Source: Eledone cirrhosa
Taxonomy: Eukaryota
DNA: 64,000 nt
Reading direction: 5' to 3'
Assembly (NCBI GenBank): GCA_964016885.1
Contig: OZ024743.1
Coordinates: 292,454,001 to 292,518,000 of the forward strand
The stretch's first letter is position 1, and each line of letters begins with the position of its first letter. Under the pieces are notes generated by a model that worked only from the letters and a program-made list of their open reading frames with translations, ran no database searches and was not told the origin of the DNA. This document shows, one piece after another, positions 1 through 13,871 of the stretch. The translations under genes were made by a program, and so were the position numbers.

Positions 1-223
1 AGATTGTTTTAGCGAGAAGCTAACAGCATTCTATAACATATATGCGACTATAACGTCAAGATGGGAAAAGTAGTTAACGTAAGATTTAGGAAAAATAATT
101 CAAACTCATCTCAAAAGAGAATCAGGATACAAATTCATCCACAGAATTTAGTGCAATCCAGGGAAAAATCAATAGACCTTTAACTCATGATACAATAAAT
201 TTTAAAACACTTATCCTTCAATT

Positions 224-344
224 TGTATATATATATATATATACAGTATATATATTATTTGTTTGTTAAAATAATCAAATTAAAAACAGTTAATAAAATG
301 ATACTTAACAACAAGATAGAGCGAACAATCTTCTGTAACAAACA

Positions 345-436
<92 letters not shown>

Positions 437-468
437 ATAAATATACATATATATATATATATATATGA

Positions 469-518
<50 letters not shown>

Positions 519-619
519 TGTTTGTTACAGAAGATTGTTCGCTCTATCTTGTTGTTAAGTATCATTTTATTTACTGTTTTTAATTTAATTATTTTAACAA
601 ACAAATAATATATATACTG

Positions 620-625
<6 letters not shown>
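224..625. repeat. Fold-back inverted repeat centred on (TA)n
   Basis: About 240-350 (tacagtatatatattatttgtttgttaaaat...ctgtaacaaacaaataat) is the reverse complement of about 512-622, separated by a TA tract. Confidence 0.85.
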
Positions 626-652
<27 letters not shown>

Positions 653-680
653 ATATATATATATAGTTTTAATATAGATG

Positions 681-731
681 AGATTCTACAGGACTAGAAC
701 TGTTTCATTCATTAGAAATCATCAGGAATCT
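681..731 (-). ncRNA. Type I hammerhead ribozyme (family 1, inverted pLTR copy)
   Basis: rc reads agattc-CTGATGA-t-ttc-taat-gaa-t-GAAAC-ag-ttctagtc-ct-GTA-gaatct; 6-bp stem I. Confidence 0.85.
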
Positions 732-1487
732 GGGTATCAAAAAATAAATATGGTATTTATAGGTCTCTACAAGTGGTAGGGGAGGGTGGGGAGTGGGATG
801 GGTGCAGGTCATTGGTTGATAGAAAAGGGAATTCATTAAAAGCTAATTCTACAAAGCTATAGTTTATTTTTATTTTTATTTATTTATGTTTTTAGAGTAA
901 CAAGGGCAGACAGAATTCTATAAACAGATTCCGGATGGCATACCATTCCTTGTCATTAAGTTTCTCTTAAGCTAACAGATGTCTATAAAATCAGTGGGGG
1001 GTCAGTCATGGTCGATAGAATTAAAGAAAAGGGAGATTCTTTAAAAGCTAAACTCATTAAGGTTCTACTAAGTGACAAAGGTCTAGAGAATTCTGCAGAC
1101 AGATTCAAAATACTGAGTGCATATCTTACTATTATCTTCGAACTTCTCTTAAACTAATCAACTATATGCCAAAAATCAACAGACACATTCACAAAAAAAC
1201 AAAAAAACACATACTCACTCACAGACTTACGCACAACCATAAACACACACACAAACACATATACACACATAAAAACACACACACATATATAAAATATATT
1301 CATGTACACACACATACATACACACATACATACATACATACATATATATATATATAGAGAGATAGTTAAAAGAATAGAGGTGTAACACACAAGTTATTAT
1401 ATATTGGTAAACGGAATAGAAAATGCTGACAAATTGTTCACAGTTGAAAAATGGTTTAATTAGGAATAAAAGAGTATTAGTGATTGT

Positions 1488-2752
1488 ATGGGTTATGAAG
1501 AGATCCTACAGGAACTCAAGAAAATCAACACCAACCTATCTTTGCTGGTCGACAAACTTGACTCCACAAATAAGGAAACCGCCACCGGATACAAACCCTC
1601 CGAAATCGGCGACAAACTTCAAAACCTTTGCGATACTATCCAAACTATGTTCACTACTACCAACCCAGGAAAAACCAACGAAGAACCATGTGAGATTGAT
1701 TCACACAAAATGAAAATTCGAACAATTCCAAAATGGAACAAATCCCTCAGAGACAGAAAGTTCTCATTCTGGAAGATGATACAAAATCACAACAAAGCAG
1801 AGATATATGAAAAATGGCTTAACTCAACCCCTCTAACTCTCCCCCGTAAACTACAAATAAAGTCCATTCCAAATGAACCCGAACCTCAAAGACACCTTAG
1901 GGAAAGAATGGCATTGGAAAAAATGAAGACAGAAATTGAACTTCTTAAACTGAGGGCCCAGACAAATGAGGAAAAAATCAAAACCATCGATGAAGAGATC
2001 CTCCTGGAAATCAACAACAAAACTGAAGGCCCCAAGGTAGAGAAGATCTCCAAATCATGGAAAGGGGACTGCAACAGAGAAGAACTGAAATCCCTTCAAC
2101 GCTGGGAAAAAAGTGCCGCTTGGTTCCTACACTATGAATCGATTTTCAAACGGATTACACCTCCAATAACCCGTTCATAAAAATAGGAAAACCCATAACT
2201 GAACCGCACAACAACTTCTCAAACAAACGAAGAAGGAAGCACCACACCGAAGATGAACTTCCCAACCTCGCTACCATAAGAAGGAACAAAAACCCAAGAA
2301 ATCATCTCCCCCAGAATGACATTTACAACTTTCCCCCTTCAAGGAGACACCATACCAAATCACTCAACTACTACGCGGATTCCTCATCGTCAAACATAGG
2401 GAAAAGATACCACCGCCATGATACATGCAACAACTTCCCCGCCTCAAGGGGACAGCAAGGTAATTACCATTTTCTCAACTCTCACTTCCACAATACACAA
2501 CAAACCCACACCACACGATACAACCAACAACGTAGGCCACTTATAACACCACAATACAACATGGCACATAGAAACACACACCCATACTCGCAGTACAGGA
2601 ACACCCCATTCAATCTACAACCACCAACCCGAACCACATTTTACAACAACAAGGAATATAACAAACACAGGAGACCACTTAACATCAGCAGACAACCCCT
2701 CTACCCCAACCATTTTTTAGACACAGCACACAGATACAGGCAAACAAAATAA
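1488..2752 (+). pseudogene. PLE ORF1 (coiled-coil N-part, N/H/R-rich C-part), one frameshifting indel near 2145
   Basis: Frame 3 ORF 1488-2180; frame 2 is open from about 2150 (..TSNNPFIK..) to the stop at 2752 (..PNHFLDTAHRYRQTK*). The ATG at 1488 lies in the inverted segment, so the true N-terminus is probably lost. Confidence 0.7.
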
Positions 2753-5037
2753 CACAAGACAGGGAGGAGAAACCGATAGTAATAAAAATTATCAATCTTA
2801 CTAGTGCAGAACCAACACCCAACCTTATCAACTTACTCTCCAAAGGTCTTAAATTCACACCGACCCCACTACGTCCTAACTACTATGAAATGAAGGAAGA
2901 CATCACAGACTTCTGTAGAAAGTTACGACTTAGTGAACAACTATTCCACCAGTACAATGAGGATGAATCATTAGCCAGAAATAGAAGCAATTACACCCCT
3001 TCAAAAGGTAGAAATAAAATCCTGGACGAATTCTGTGAACACATCACAAACTTCCCTTACCAACACTTGCACAGACAAAAACACAAGCCAAACCTCAACA
3101 AGAAAGAATGGGAAGAATTAAATAGATTAAAAACCGACAGAACCATTACAATTAAAGAGGCTGATAAAGGGAGTACAGTAGTCCTAATGGAGACATAATT
3201 CTATATCAACTTAGCGCTCTCCACTTTGGAAAACGAAACATACTACGAAAAGGCTGAACACTACAATCAACAGAAAATTATGAGAAACCTAAAAACTCTA
3301 ATCAACCAATACAAAGAAGGACTCACTAACAAGGAATTCAGCTTCATCACAGACTTCACAAGTAAATCCAGCCTTTTCTACGGTATCCCTAAAGTACATA
3401 AAAGCGAATCAATCAGTAAGGCATGCAAGGAAGCCACAGACATAGTCATCAATGTCCCCTCACCCAATGATCTCAAATTAAGACCTATAATAGCAGGCCC
3501 CGCTTGCGAAACGCACCGTCTTAGCAACTTCATTGATACCCTTCTCAAACCCTTCCTCAAGCACATCAAAAGCTATATAAGGGACGACCTAGATATGCTC
3601 AATCACCTCCCTAATATGCCACTTTCTGAACAAACCCTACTAGTGACGTTCGATGTAGTCAACCTATACTCCAACATCCCCCACAACCTAGGAATAGAAG
3701 CTATCCAATTCTGGCTGGATAATTTCCACAATGAACTCCCACAACGCATCAAAAAAGAATTCGTGATAGAGGGACTCAAATTTATCTTGGAGAACAATTA
3801 CTTCGTTTTCAATAACAAACCCTACAGGCAGAAATCTGGGACCGCTATGGGAACGAAAACAGCCCCTACTTATGCCAACCTAGTCATGGGATACCTGGAA
3901 ATCACCCTCTACACTAAAGTCCTAAACAAATTTGGAAACAACCTCCACTTACACATTGAAAGGAACTGGAAGCGATATCTAGATGACTGCTTCATCCTTT
4001 GGCACGAAAACATCGAAAAACTTAAAGAATTCCACACCCTTATAAATGGGCTCAACACAAATATTAACTTCACGATGGAATACAGCCATCAACAACTCCC
4101 CTTCCTCGACATCCTCATTAAGATCCATCACAAAAAAATAGAAACAGACATATACTACAAGCCCACAGACTCCAAGCAATACCTCCCCTTCAACTCTTGC
4201 CACCCTAGACACGTTAAAATTAATATTCCCTACAACTTAGCCAAGAGAATCTGTACTATAGTCTCCAATAAAAACATCTGCTACTTACGGCTACAAGAAC
4301 TAAAGGACACACTCATAGGCAGGGACTACCCTGCATCACTAATTGACAATGGAATCCAACGTGCCCTAAAACTCAGTACCCAGGACCTTAGACACCCTAA
4401 AGTAAATCAACCAAAACTAAAAGCTCTTCCATACATCTCCACACACAACCCCCTCAACAATGAGGCCTTTGACACCATCCTCCAGAACATCCCTGTATTG
4501 AAAAAGGACCATAGAATGAACCAAATTCTACGAACACACGATATCATAAAGAGCAAAAGACAATCCAAGTCAATGAAAAACATCTTAACACATGCCAAAG
4601 TACTGCCAACCACAACAACGAAACCCACAGTAAAAAAATGCGATAGACCCAACTGTGGCATTTGCATCAACCTAATAGAGGGTTCGGAATTCTATTTCAA
4701 AGACGGACAACGTTTTATTGTAAAACACAATTTCACATGTGCATCGGAAAATTTAATATATGTATTAACTTGTTCAGGTTGTCGAGAACAATACATAGGC
4801 CTGACCAAAAACAGCCTCCGCCAACGCATGACTGTCCATAGATCCCAAATTAAAATACGGGAATACAGGAAAATACCACTGAGTGAACACATTGATACCT
4901 GTGCCGCCCAAAATCATCCCAACTTCAGAATCTTTCCCCTCTACAAATTTAAAGATAATGCCACCCACACCCAGCGCATCAGCAAGGAATCTTACTTCAT
5001 TAACAAATACGGACCCCGTCTAAACACTTCTCCCTAA
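2683..5037 (+). pseudogene. PLE reverse transcriptase + GIY-YIG endonuclease ORF2, single in-frame TAA at 3196-3198
   Basis: Motifs IINL..LLSKGLKFTPTP, IKEADKG, FYGIPKVHK, RPII, FDVVNLYSNIP, GTAMGT, RYLDD, LPFLD, YYKPTD, linker CDRPNCGIC, NLIYVLTCSGC..QYIGLT, RMTVH, LSEH, LN. Frame 1 is open 2683-5037 apart from one stop. Confidence 0.93.
2713..2719 (+). promoter_or_regulatory. Candidate -1 ribosomal frameshift heptamer T TTT TTA
   Basis: ORF1 codons cat-ttt-tta give the X XXY YYZ phase; a -1 shift enters the RT frame within the 2683-2752 overlap. Confidence 0.6.
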
Positions 5038-5370
5038 GAAGAACCCACAACATACACACGTCAACATACATACCTACATCAGCACACATCTCTACCCACA
5101 TATAAACACAATGACACACGTAAACACACATGCTCTATGGTGCAATACAAAAAAATATATGTGCATATATGTGTATGTATATATATATATATATATATGT
5201 AGTGAAAATATATATGTGTGTGTGTGTGTGTGTATATATATATAGTGAATATCATTTCACACCTTTTATTGTTAAGATTGTTGATGTTCTATTAAGAGAA
5301 CCGATTTTACTGAAAAAATCGAATAATGTACACCATTTTAGCAGGGGGAAAAAAATACTGGTCCACCCAC

Positions 5371-5415
<45 letters not shown>

Positions 5416-5552
5416 CACAAACACATACACACGCGTACATCAACATACAAAGAGACTTATACACACACACACACACACACACGCACTTCTCCGTATAAGA
5501 CAAAAGCTGAAAAATATCTTTTGACCTTCGAATGACTCTGCTGTGTGTATGT

Positions 5553-5608
<56 letters not shown>

Positions 5609-5687
5609 ATCTTAATAGCCATTTGACACACATCGCTGCTGGCTATTGTCGCAGAATCGAACACCTTACTACTACTACTACCACACT

Positions 5688-5758
<71 letters not shown>

Positions 5759-5797
5759 ACACACACACATATTTGTTGTGAAAGAGTCATTTCTCAA

Positions 5798-6032
5798 TCT
5801 TGGCGCAAAACCAATTTTTTATCCACATGACCTCTACCGACCAATTAAAATTGTTTTGACCAATAATTTTTGCTGGAGCCACTTTTCTAACATTTTAACA
5901 TAAAAACAGTCTTGGCGCAAAATCAACTTTTTACATTCACATGACCTCTACCGACCAATCAAAATTGTTTTGACCACAAGCATTTTTGCAACACAAAAAT
6001 AACGCTGGAGCGATTTTTTTAACATAAAAACA
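5798..6032 (+). repeat. Imperfect tandem duplication (about 110-120 bp x2) in the PLE 3' region
   Basis: tcttggcgcaaaa..cacatgacctctaccgaccaat..aaaattgttttgacca..gctggagc..taacataaaaacag occurs twice. Confidence 0.8.
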
Positions 6033-6253
6033 GGTAGAATTCCCAAAACTAATCAGATCAGAGCAAACAGCACGGACACTCTATCTCAAAATTATTTTTG
6101 AAAAGCATTTAGAAATGCGCAACCGGTAAAAACTTAAAAACTTAAAACCACAACTGAATACTAACCCATACAATCACTAATACTCTTTTATTCCTAATTA
6201 AACCATTTTTCAACTGTGAACAATTTGTCAGCATGTTCTATTCCGTTTACCAA

Positions 6254-6336
<83 letters not shown>

Positions 6337-6537
6337 TATATACACATATATACACACACATATATATATATATATATACACAAACACACACACATACACA
6401 TACATACACACACACACACACATATATACACAAATAAATACACTCACACGCATACATACAAACACAAATATACATGTGTATACATATACACACAAATACA
6501 TATAGACATATATACATACACCTACACAGACACATAT

Positions 6538-6576
<39 letters not shown>

Positions 6577-6599
6577 CACACATACACACATACACATAT

Positions 6600-6658
<59 letters not shown>

Positions 6659-6917
6659 TACATGCACACACATATATATATACATATATATATATATAAA
6701 AAAAACCACATACACACACATATATATATACATATACACACACATACACACAAACACACACACACATATATATACACATATACATATATATATATATACA
6801 CACATTCATATATATAACCACATACATATATACATACATACACATACACATATATATATATATATATACACACATAAACAAATATATACACATACAAACA
6901 CACACACACACATACAT

Positions 6918-7000
<83 letters not shown>

Positions 7001-7053
7001 TACACACACATACACATATATACACATATATAAGGAAAAAGCACCATACATAC

Positions 7054-7106
<53 letters not shown>

Positions 7107-7213
7107 TACATATATATATACATATACACATATATATACATATATATACACATATATATATATATATACACATATATACACACACCCACACATATACATA
7201 CATACACACACAC

Positions 7214-7353
<140 letters not shown>

Positions 7354-7448
7354 CAAACATACATACAAACATACATATACACATACATACATATAAACAT
7401 ATATATACACACACATATACACGCATGTACATACATATATACACATAC

Positions 7449-7480
<32 letters not shown>

Positions 7481-7599
7481 ATATACATATATACACATAT
7501 ACATACATATACTTACACACACATATATATATATACATATTATATATACACATATACACACACATACACACACACAAATATACACATACATACATACAC

Positions 7600-7678
<79 letters not shown>

Positions 7679-7744
7679 CATATACATATATATATACATA
7701 TATATACATACAAATACACACACATATATATATATATGTGTGTG

Positions 7745-8101
7745 CGTGGATTGCAAAAAACTTACATCGGCATGACCTCCAACAACTTTAAAACCCGTTG
7801 GTATGCCCATACTCACTCCTTCAGAAGACCGGATAAATCAAATCAGACAACACTCGCCTCCTACGTTTGGGACCTCAAAAGGAACTCCACCCCCTTCACG
7901 CTTAATTGGAAAATACTCCAGAAAGCGCGCTCTTACAACGGAGGACACAAGGGCTGCGACCTTTGTATTTCAGAGAGCTACGAAATTTTATTCGCCAAGG
8001 GCCCGCTACTGAACAAACTCTCTGAGCACTGCCCGAACTGCATGCACAAGAACTTTGCAACTTTCAAACACTTTAAGCCAGTGTTAAAGCCCGATGGCTA
8101 A
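7745..8101 (+). pseudogene. C-terminal fragment of a Naiad-type PLE GIY-YIG endonuclease
   Basis: KTYIGMT..FKTRW..H..SF..T.L..YVW.LK..W.IL..CDLCISE..LLNK.SE...C.H. Confidence 0.85.
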
Positions 8102-8317
8102 AAACGACCTCCCCCTATTGGCCCCTATACCTCCTCCCCACCCTACCCCCACCCCTCCTCAACCTGAAATACGGCCACTATGGTTATGTGAGTACCTCTT
8201 TCGTATCTACATTTTCTGCCTGTAGAGGTGTCTTTATGTGCCTGCGTATATGCGTATATTTATTGAGTACCTATTTATTTGTATGTGTATATATTTGTTT
8301 GTATGTGTGTATATGTA

Positions 8318-8361
<44 letters not shown>

Positions 8362-8544
8362 TGTGTGTATACGTGTTTTATGTATGTATATTTATGTATG
8401 TATATGTATGTATATATGTGTATATATATGTATATATATATATATGTGTATATATGTGTATGTATGTATGTATGTATGTATGTATGTGTATGTATGTATG
8501 TATGTTTATGTATATATGTGTGTATGTATATGTATGTGTAAGTG

Positions 8545-8575
<31 letters not shown>

Positions 8576-8630
8576 ATATATGTGTATATATATATATATA
8601 TGTATATATATGTGTATATGTATATGTATG

Positions 8631-8673
<43 letters not shown>

Positions 8674-8679
8674 ATATAT

Positions 8680-9471
8680 AGCGGCGATGAATTAGTTTTG
8701 CGAGGTTTTTTTATATGAAATCGTGTGTCGAAACAGATATTGTTATATTTGGGGAGGGTCATATTTGCGTAATATTGCCAGAATTAATAACAGAACACAC
8801 TCATTGTTTGGTTGGTTTTCGCTTCTCGCTGTCTTTTATATATATATATCTGCGATATTAGAAGACCAAAGCTAAACAGAAAGAATGAGTGGAACAACAA
8901 CAACACCCAAACAAACAACACTGACCTAAGAGAAGTATAAATAAATAAGTAAATTAAATAAAATAAAATAAGATAAATAAATACGTACACAAGCACATAA
9001 ACACACACTAGTCACCCAGCAGACACAACACTATACACACTAGTCACACATCACACATAACACTATACACACACGCAAACGCATGCGCAAAGAAGACAAA
9101 ATAAAATAAGATAAACAAACAAGCAAATAAATAAATAAATATATAGACAGACTGAACAAAAAAAAAATGGCGTAGACATACAACACAACAGGAGGAACAA
9201 TGAATATAACACCACTGACGATGTTGCAGATGTGCAACGAAAGATTTATGTAAATTATGTAAACTATATATATATGTGTTTGTCTATATTGTATCTGTAT
9301 TATTTTTGACCGCCGGTCAGTCAATGGCAACATTGAGGACCGAGTAAGTTAGATCGCAGATATATATATATAAAAGACAGCGAGAAGCGAAAACCAACCA
9401 AACAGTGAGTGTGTTCTGTTATTAATTCTGGCAATATTACGCAAATATGACCCTCCCCAAATATAACAATA
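8680..9471 (+). mobile_element. Small non-coding PLE-type element with inverted termini
   Basis: 8738-8856 is the rc of 9353-9471, ending tgaccctccccaaatataacaatat; extra tail at 8680-8737; internal HHR-like core. Confidence 0.7.
9213..9250 (+). ncRNA. Minimal hammerhead-like motif (family 2)
   Basis: ca-CTGACGA-t-gttgca-gatg-tgcaac-GAAAG-at-TTA-tg; stem I is only 2 bp; homologous to 28044-28084. Confidence 0.5.
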
Positions 9472-9475
9472 TGTG

Positions 9476-9510
<35 letters not shown>

Positions 9511-9537
9511 ATGTATGTATGTGTGTGCGTGTGTCTC

Positions 9538-9569
<32 letters not shown>

Positions 9570-9582
9570 GTTGTGTGGGCAG

Positions 9583-9632
<50 letters not shown>

Positions 9633-9635
9633 TTG

Positions 9636-9674
<39 letters not shown>

Positions 9675-9675
9675 G

Positions 9676-9706
<31 letters not shown>

Positions 9707-9755
9707 GTATATGTATGTGTATATGTGTATATATATATGTGTGTATATGTGTGTA

Positions 9756-9788
<33 letters not shown>

Positions 9789-9853
9789 GTCTGTGTATAT
9801 GTATGTGTGTATGTGTGTATATATGTATTTGTGTGTATGTATGTGTATATATA

Positions 9854-9926
<73 letters not shown>

Positions 9927-10003
9927 GTGCGTGAGAGAGAGAGTGTGTATATATATTTGTGTGTGTGTGTGTGTATGTGTGTATGCCCGTGTGTGTATAT
10001 ATA

Positions 10004-10072
<69 letters not shown>

Positions 10073-10330
10073 GTGTGTGTATATATGCGTTATATGTCTG
10101 TATATATATGTGTATATTTATGTATAGGTCTGTGTATGTATGTGTATGTTTGTATATGTATGGATATATACATATATATATATACGTGTGTATAGATATT
10201 TATACATATGCATGTGTATGTGTGTGTGTGTGTATATATATGTGTGTGTATATATATATGTGTGTGCGTGTATATATATGTGTGTGTATTTGTATGTATA
10301 TATATGTATATATATATGTATATGTATATA

Positions 10331-10421
<91 letters not shown>

Positions 10422-10538
10422 GTGTATGTATGTATGTGTATATTTGTGTGTGTGTATGTGTGTGTATATGTGTATATATAATATGTATATATATATGTGT
10501 GTTTAAGTATATGTATGTATATGTGTATATATGTATAT

Positions 10539-10570
<32 letters not shown>

Positions 10571-10665
10571 GTATGTGTATATATGTATGTACATGCGTGT
10601 ATATGTGTGTGTATATATATGTTTATATGTATGTATGTGTATATGTATGTTTGTATGTATGTTTG

Positions 10666-10776
<111 letters not shown>

Positions 10777-10842
10777 AAGGTTTAGTAAATAATGAAAAAG
10801 TTTCAAAATAAATTTTAAAAAATTGATTTACCTACTATAGTT

Positions 10843-10926
10843 ACCTTTACCGATCGGTTTCGTATCCCAAAACTAAAACGTAGGCCATACGGTCTTCGTT
10901 GCAAAGAGAGATTCTCGTCAGAAGGT
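10843..10926 (-). ncRNA. Type I hammerhead ribozyme (family 3, array copy)
   Basis: rc: acctt-CTGACGA-gaatctc..gggatac-GAAAC-cgatcg-GTA-aaggt; one stem II mismatch. Confidence 0.85.
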
Positions 10927-11325
10927 TCTTTTCATTCAAAGAATATAAAATTCCTGAATTTAAATCACAAACTAGCGCTATCAAAGACTGTTCCTGGGAT
11001 GAGAGTGGATGATGTAGAACAGGTTTATCAAGGGCCGTAGTAAAGATAGAGGCAAAAGGAGGTAGGTCAAACTAGCCACCGCTGTTATCAGCAGCAGTCG
11101 GAATGACCCGGTTTGTTCTCAACGTTTGTGGAGGTAGTAGTAATATGAAATACGTCCTTTCACGCACAAGGCGCCAAGGTACGCATGTATTGTCCAACCA
11201 AGTGCCAGTGTGGTTCAATGGCGGGTTAATAAATTAACGAGCCAGAACAAATATAAACAAGGTTTAGTAAATAATGAAAAAGTTTCAAAATAAATTTTAA
11301 AAAATTGACTTTACCTACTATAGTT

Positions 11326-11409
11326 ACCTTTACCGATCGGTTTCGAATCCCAAAAATAAAACGTAGGCCATACGGTCTTCGTTGCAAAGAGAGATTCTCG
11401 TCAGAAGGT
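11326..11409 (-). ncRNA. Type I hammerhead ribozyme (family 3, array copy)
   Basis: rc: acctt-CTGACGA-gaatctc..gggattc-GAAAC-cgatcg-GTA-aaggt. Confidence 0.9.
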
Positions 11410-11705
11410 TCTTTTCATTCAAAGAATATAAAATTCCTGAATTTAAATCACAAACTAGCGCTATCAAAGACTGTTCCTGGGATGAGAGTGGATGATGTAG
11501 AACAGGTTTATCAAGGGCCGTAGTAAAGATAGAGGCAAAAGGAGGTAGGTCAAACTAGCCACCGCTGTTATCAGCAGCAGTCGGAATGACCCGGTTTGTT
11601 CTCAACGTTTGTGGAGGTAGTAGTAATATGAAATACGTCCTTTCACGCACAAGGCGCTAGTTTGTGATTTAAATTCAGGAATTTTATATTCTTTGAATGA
11701 AAAGA

Positions 11706-11789
11706 ACCTTCTGACGAGAATCTCTCTTTGCAACGAAGACCGTATGGCCTACGTTTTATTTTTGGGATTCGAAACCGATCGGTAAAGGT
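11706..11789 (+). ncRNA. Type I hammerhead ribozyme (family 3, array copy)
   Basis: acctt-CTGACGA-gaatctc[39 nt]gggattc-GAAAC-cgatcg-GTA-aaggt; predicted cut after 11784. Confidence 0.9.
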
Positions 11790-12188
11790 AACTATAGTAG
11801 GTAAAGTCAATTTTTTAAAATTTATTTTGAAACTTTTTCATTATTTACTAAACCTTGTTTATATTTGTTCTGGCTCGTTAATTTATTAACCCGCCATTGA
11901 ACCACACTGGCACTTGGTTGGACAATACATGCGTACCTTGGCGCCTTGTGCGTGAAAGGACGTATTTCATATTACTACTACCTCCACAAACGTTGAGAAC
12001 AAACCGGGTCATTCCGACTGCTGCTGATAACAGCGGTGGCTAGTTTGACCTACCTCCTTTTGCCTCTATCTTTACTACGGCCCTTGATAAACCTGTTCTA
12101 CATCATCCACTCTCATCCCAGGAACAGTCTTTGATAGCGCTAGTTTGTGATTTAAATTCAGGAATTTTATATTCTTTGAATGAAAAGA

Positions 12189-12272
12189 ACCTTCTGACGA
12201 GAATCTCTCTTTGCAACGAAGACCGTATGGCCTACGTTTTATTTTTGGGATTCGAAACCGATCGGTAAAGGT
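12189..12272 (+). ncRNA. Type I hammerhead ribozyme (family 3, array copy)
   Basis: Same motif, +483 bp; predicted cut after 12267. Confidence 0.9.
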
Positions 12273-12671
12273 AACTATAGTAGGTAAAGTCAATTTTTTT
12301 AAATTTATTTTGAAACTTTTTCATTATTTACTAAACCTTGTTTATATTTGTTCTGGCTCGTTAATTTATTAACCCGCCATTGAACCACACTGGCACTTGG
12401 TTGGACAATACATGCGTACCTTGGCGCCTTGTGCGTGACAGGACGTATTTCATATTACTACTACCTCCACAAACGTTGAGAACAAACCGGGTCATTCCGA
12501 CTGCTGCTGATAACAGCGGTGGCTAGTTTGACCTACCTCCTTTTGCCTCTATCTTTACTACGGCCCTTGATAAACCTGTTCTACATCATCCACTCTCATC
12601 CCAGGAACAGTCTTTGATAGCGCTAGTTTGTGATTTAAATTCAGGAATTTTATATTCTTTGAATGAAAAGA

Positions 12672-12755
12672 ACCTTCTGACGAGAATCTCTCTTTGCAAC
12701 GAAGGCCGTATGGCCTACGTTTTATTTTTGGGATTCGAAACCGATCGGTAAAGGT
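12672..12755 (+). ncRNA. Type I hammerhead ribozyme (family 3, array copy)
   Basis: Same motif, +483 bp; one A>G change in the stem II insert. Confidence 0.9.
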
Positions 12756-13154
12756 AACTATAGTAGGTAAAGTCAATTTTTTAAAATTTATTTTGAAACT
12801 TTTTCATTATTTACTAAACCTTGTTTATATTTGTTCTGGCTCGTTAATTTATTAACCCGCCATTGAACCACACTGGCACTAGGTTGGACAATACATGCGT
12901 ACCTTGGCGCCTTGTGCGTGAAAGGACGTATTTCATATTACTACTACCTCCACAAACGTTGAGAACAAACCGGGTCATTCCGACTGCTGCTGATAACAGC
13001 GGTGGCTAGTTTGACCTACCTCCTTTTGCCTCTATCTTTACTACGGCCCTTGATAAACCTGTTCTACATCATCCACTCTCATCCCAGGAACAGTCTTTGA
13101 TAGCGCTAGTTTGTGATTTAAATTCAGGAATTTTATATTCTTTGAATGAAAAGA

Positions 13155-13238
13155 ACCTTCTGACGAGAATCTCTCTTTGCAACGAAGACCGTATGGCCTA
13201 CGTTTTATTTTTGGGATTCGAAACCGATCGGTAAAGGT
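13155..13238 (+). ncRNA. Type I hammerhead ribozyme (family 3, array copy)
   Basis: Same motif, +483 bp. Confidence 0.9.
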
Positions 13239-13588
13239 AACTATAGTAGGTAAAGTCAATTTTTTAAAATTTATTTTGAAACTTTTTCATTATTTACTAA
13301 ACCTTGTTTATATTTGTTCTGGCTCGTTAATTTATTAACCCGCCATTGAACCACACTGGCACTTGGTTGGACAATACATGCGTACCTTGGCGCCTTGTGC
13401 GTGAAAGGACGTATTTCATATATATATATATATATGTATATATGTGTGTGTGTATGTATGTATATGTGTGTATATTTTTATATATTTGTATATATTTGAG
13501 TGTATGTATGTATATATATATACATATATATGTGTATGTGTGTGTGTGTATGTATATATATATATATATGTATGTGTGGGTGTGTGTA

Positions 13589-13647
<59 letters not shown>

Positions 13648-13688
13648 ATATATATGTATATATATGTGTATATGTATATATATATGTA

Positions 13689-13740
<52 letters not shown>

Positions 13741-13794
13741 TGTATGTATGGTGCTTTTTCCTTATATATGTGTATATATGTGTATGTGTGTGTA

Positions 13795-13871
<77 letters not shown>

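Larger units (their letters stand above)
1356..6256 (+). mobile_element. Near-complete Penelope-like element (Neptune-like) with inverted 5' copy of its 3' end
   Basis: Contains ORF1 and an RT/GIY-YIG ORF. 1400-1495 is the rc of 6162-6256, with about 45 nt of extra tail at 1356-1400. Flanked by (TA)n; the opposite arm (near 14445-14480) shows the empty site. Confidence 0.85.

Noticed and set aside
3196-3198. In-frame stop as selenocysteine or readthrough
   Set aside because: The codon is TAA, not TGA; a nonsense mutation is the simplest explanation.
11305-13259. Repeated 72-aa ORF MTLPTIVTF.. in the array
   Set aside because: TTG start, antisense to the ribozyme, disrupted in the first copy, no recognisable domain; identity simply reflects the repeat.
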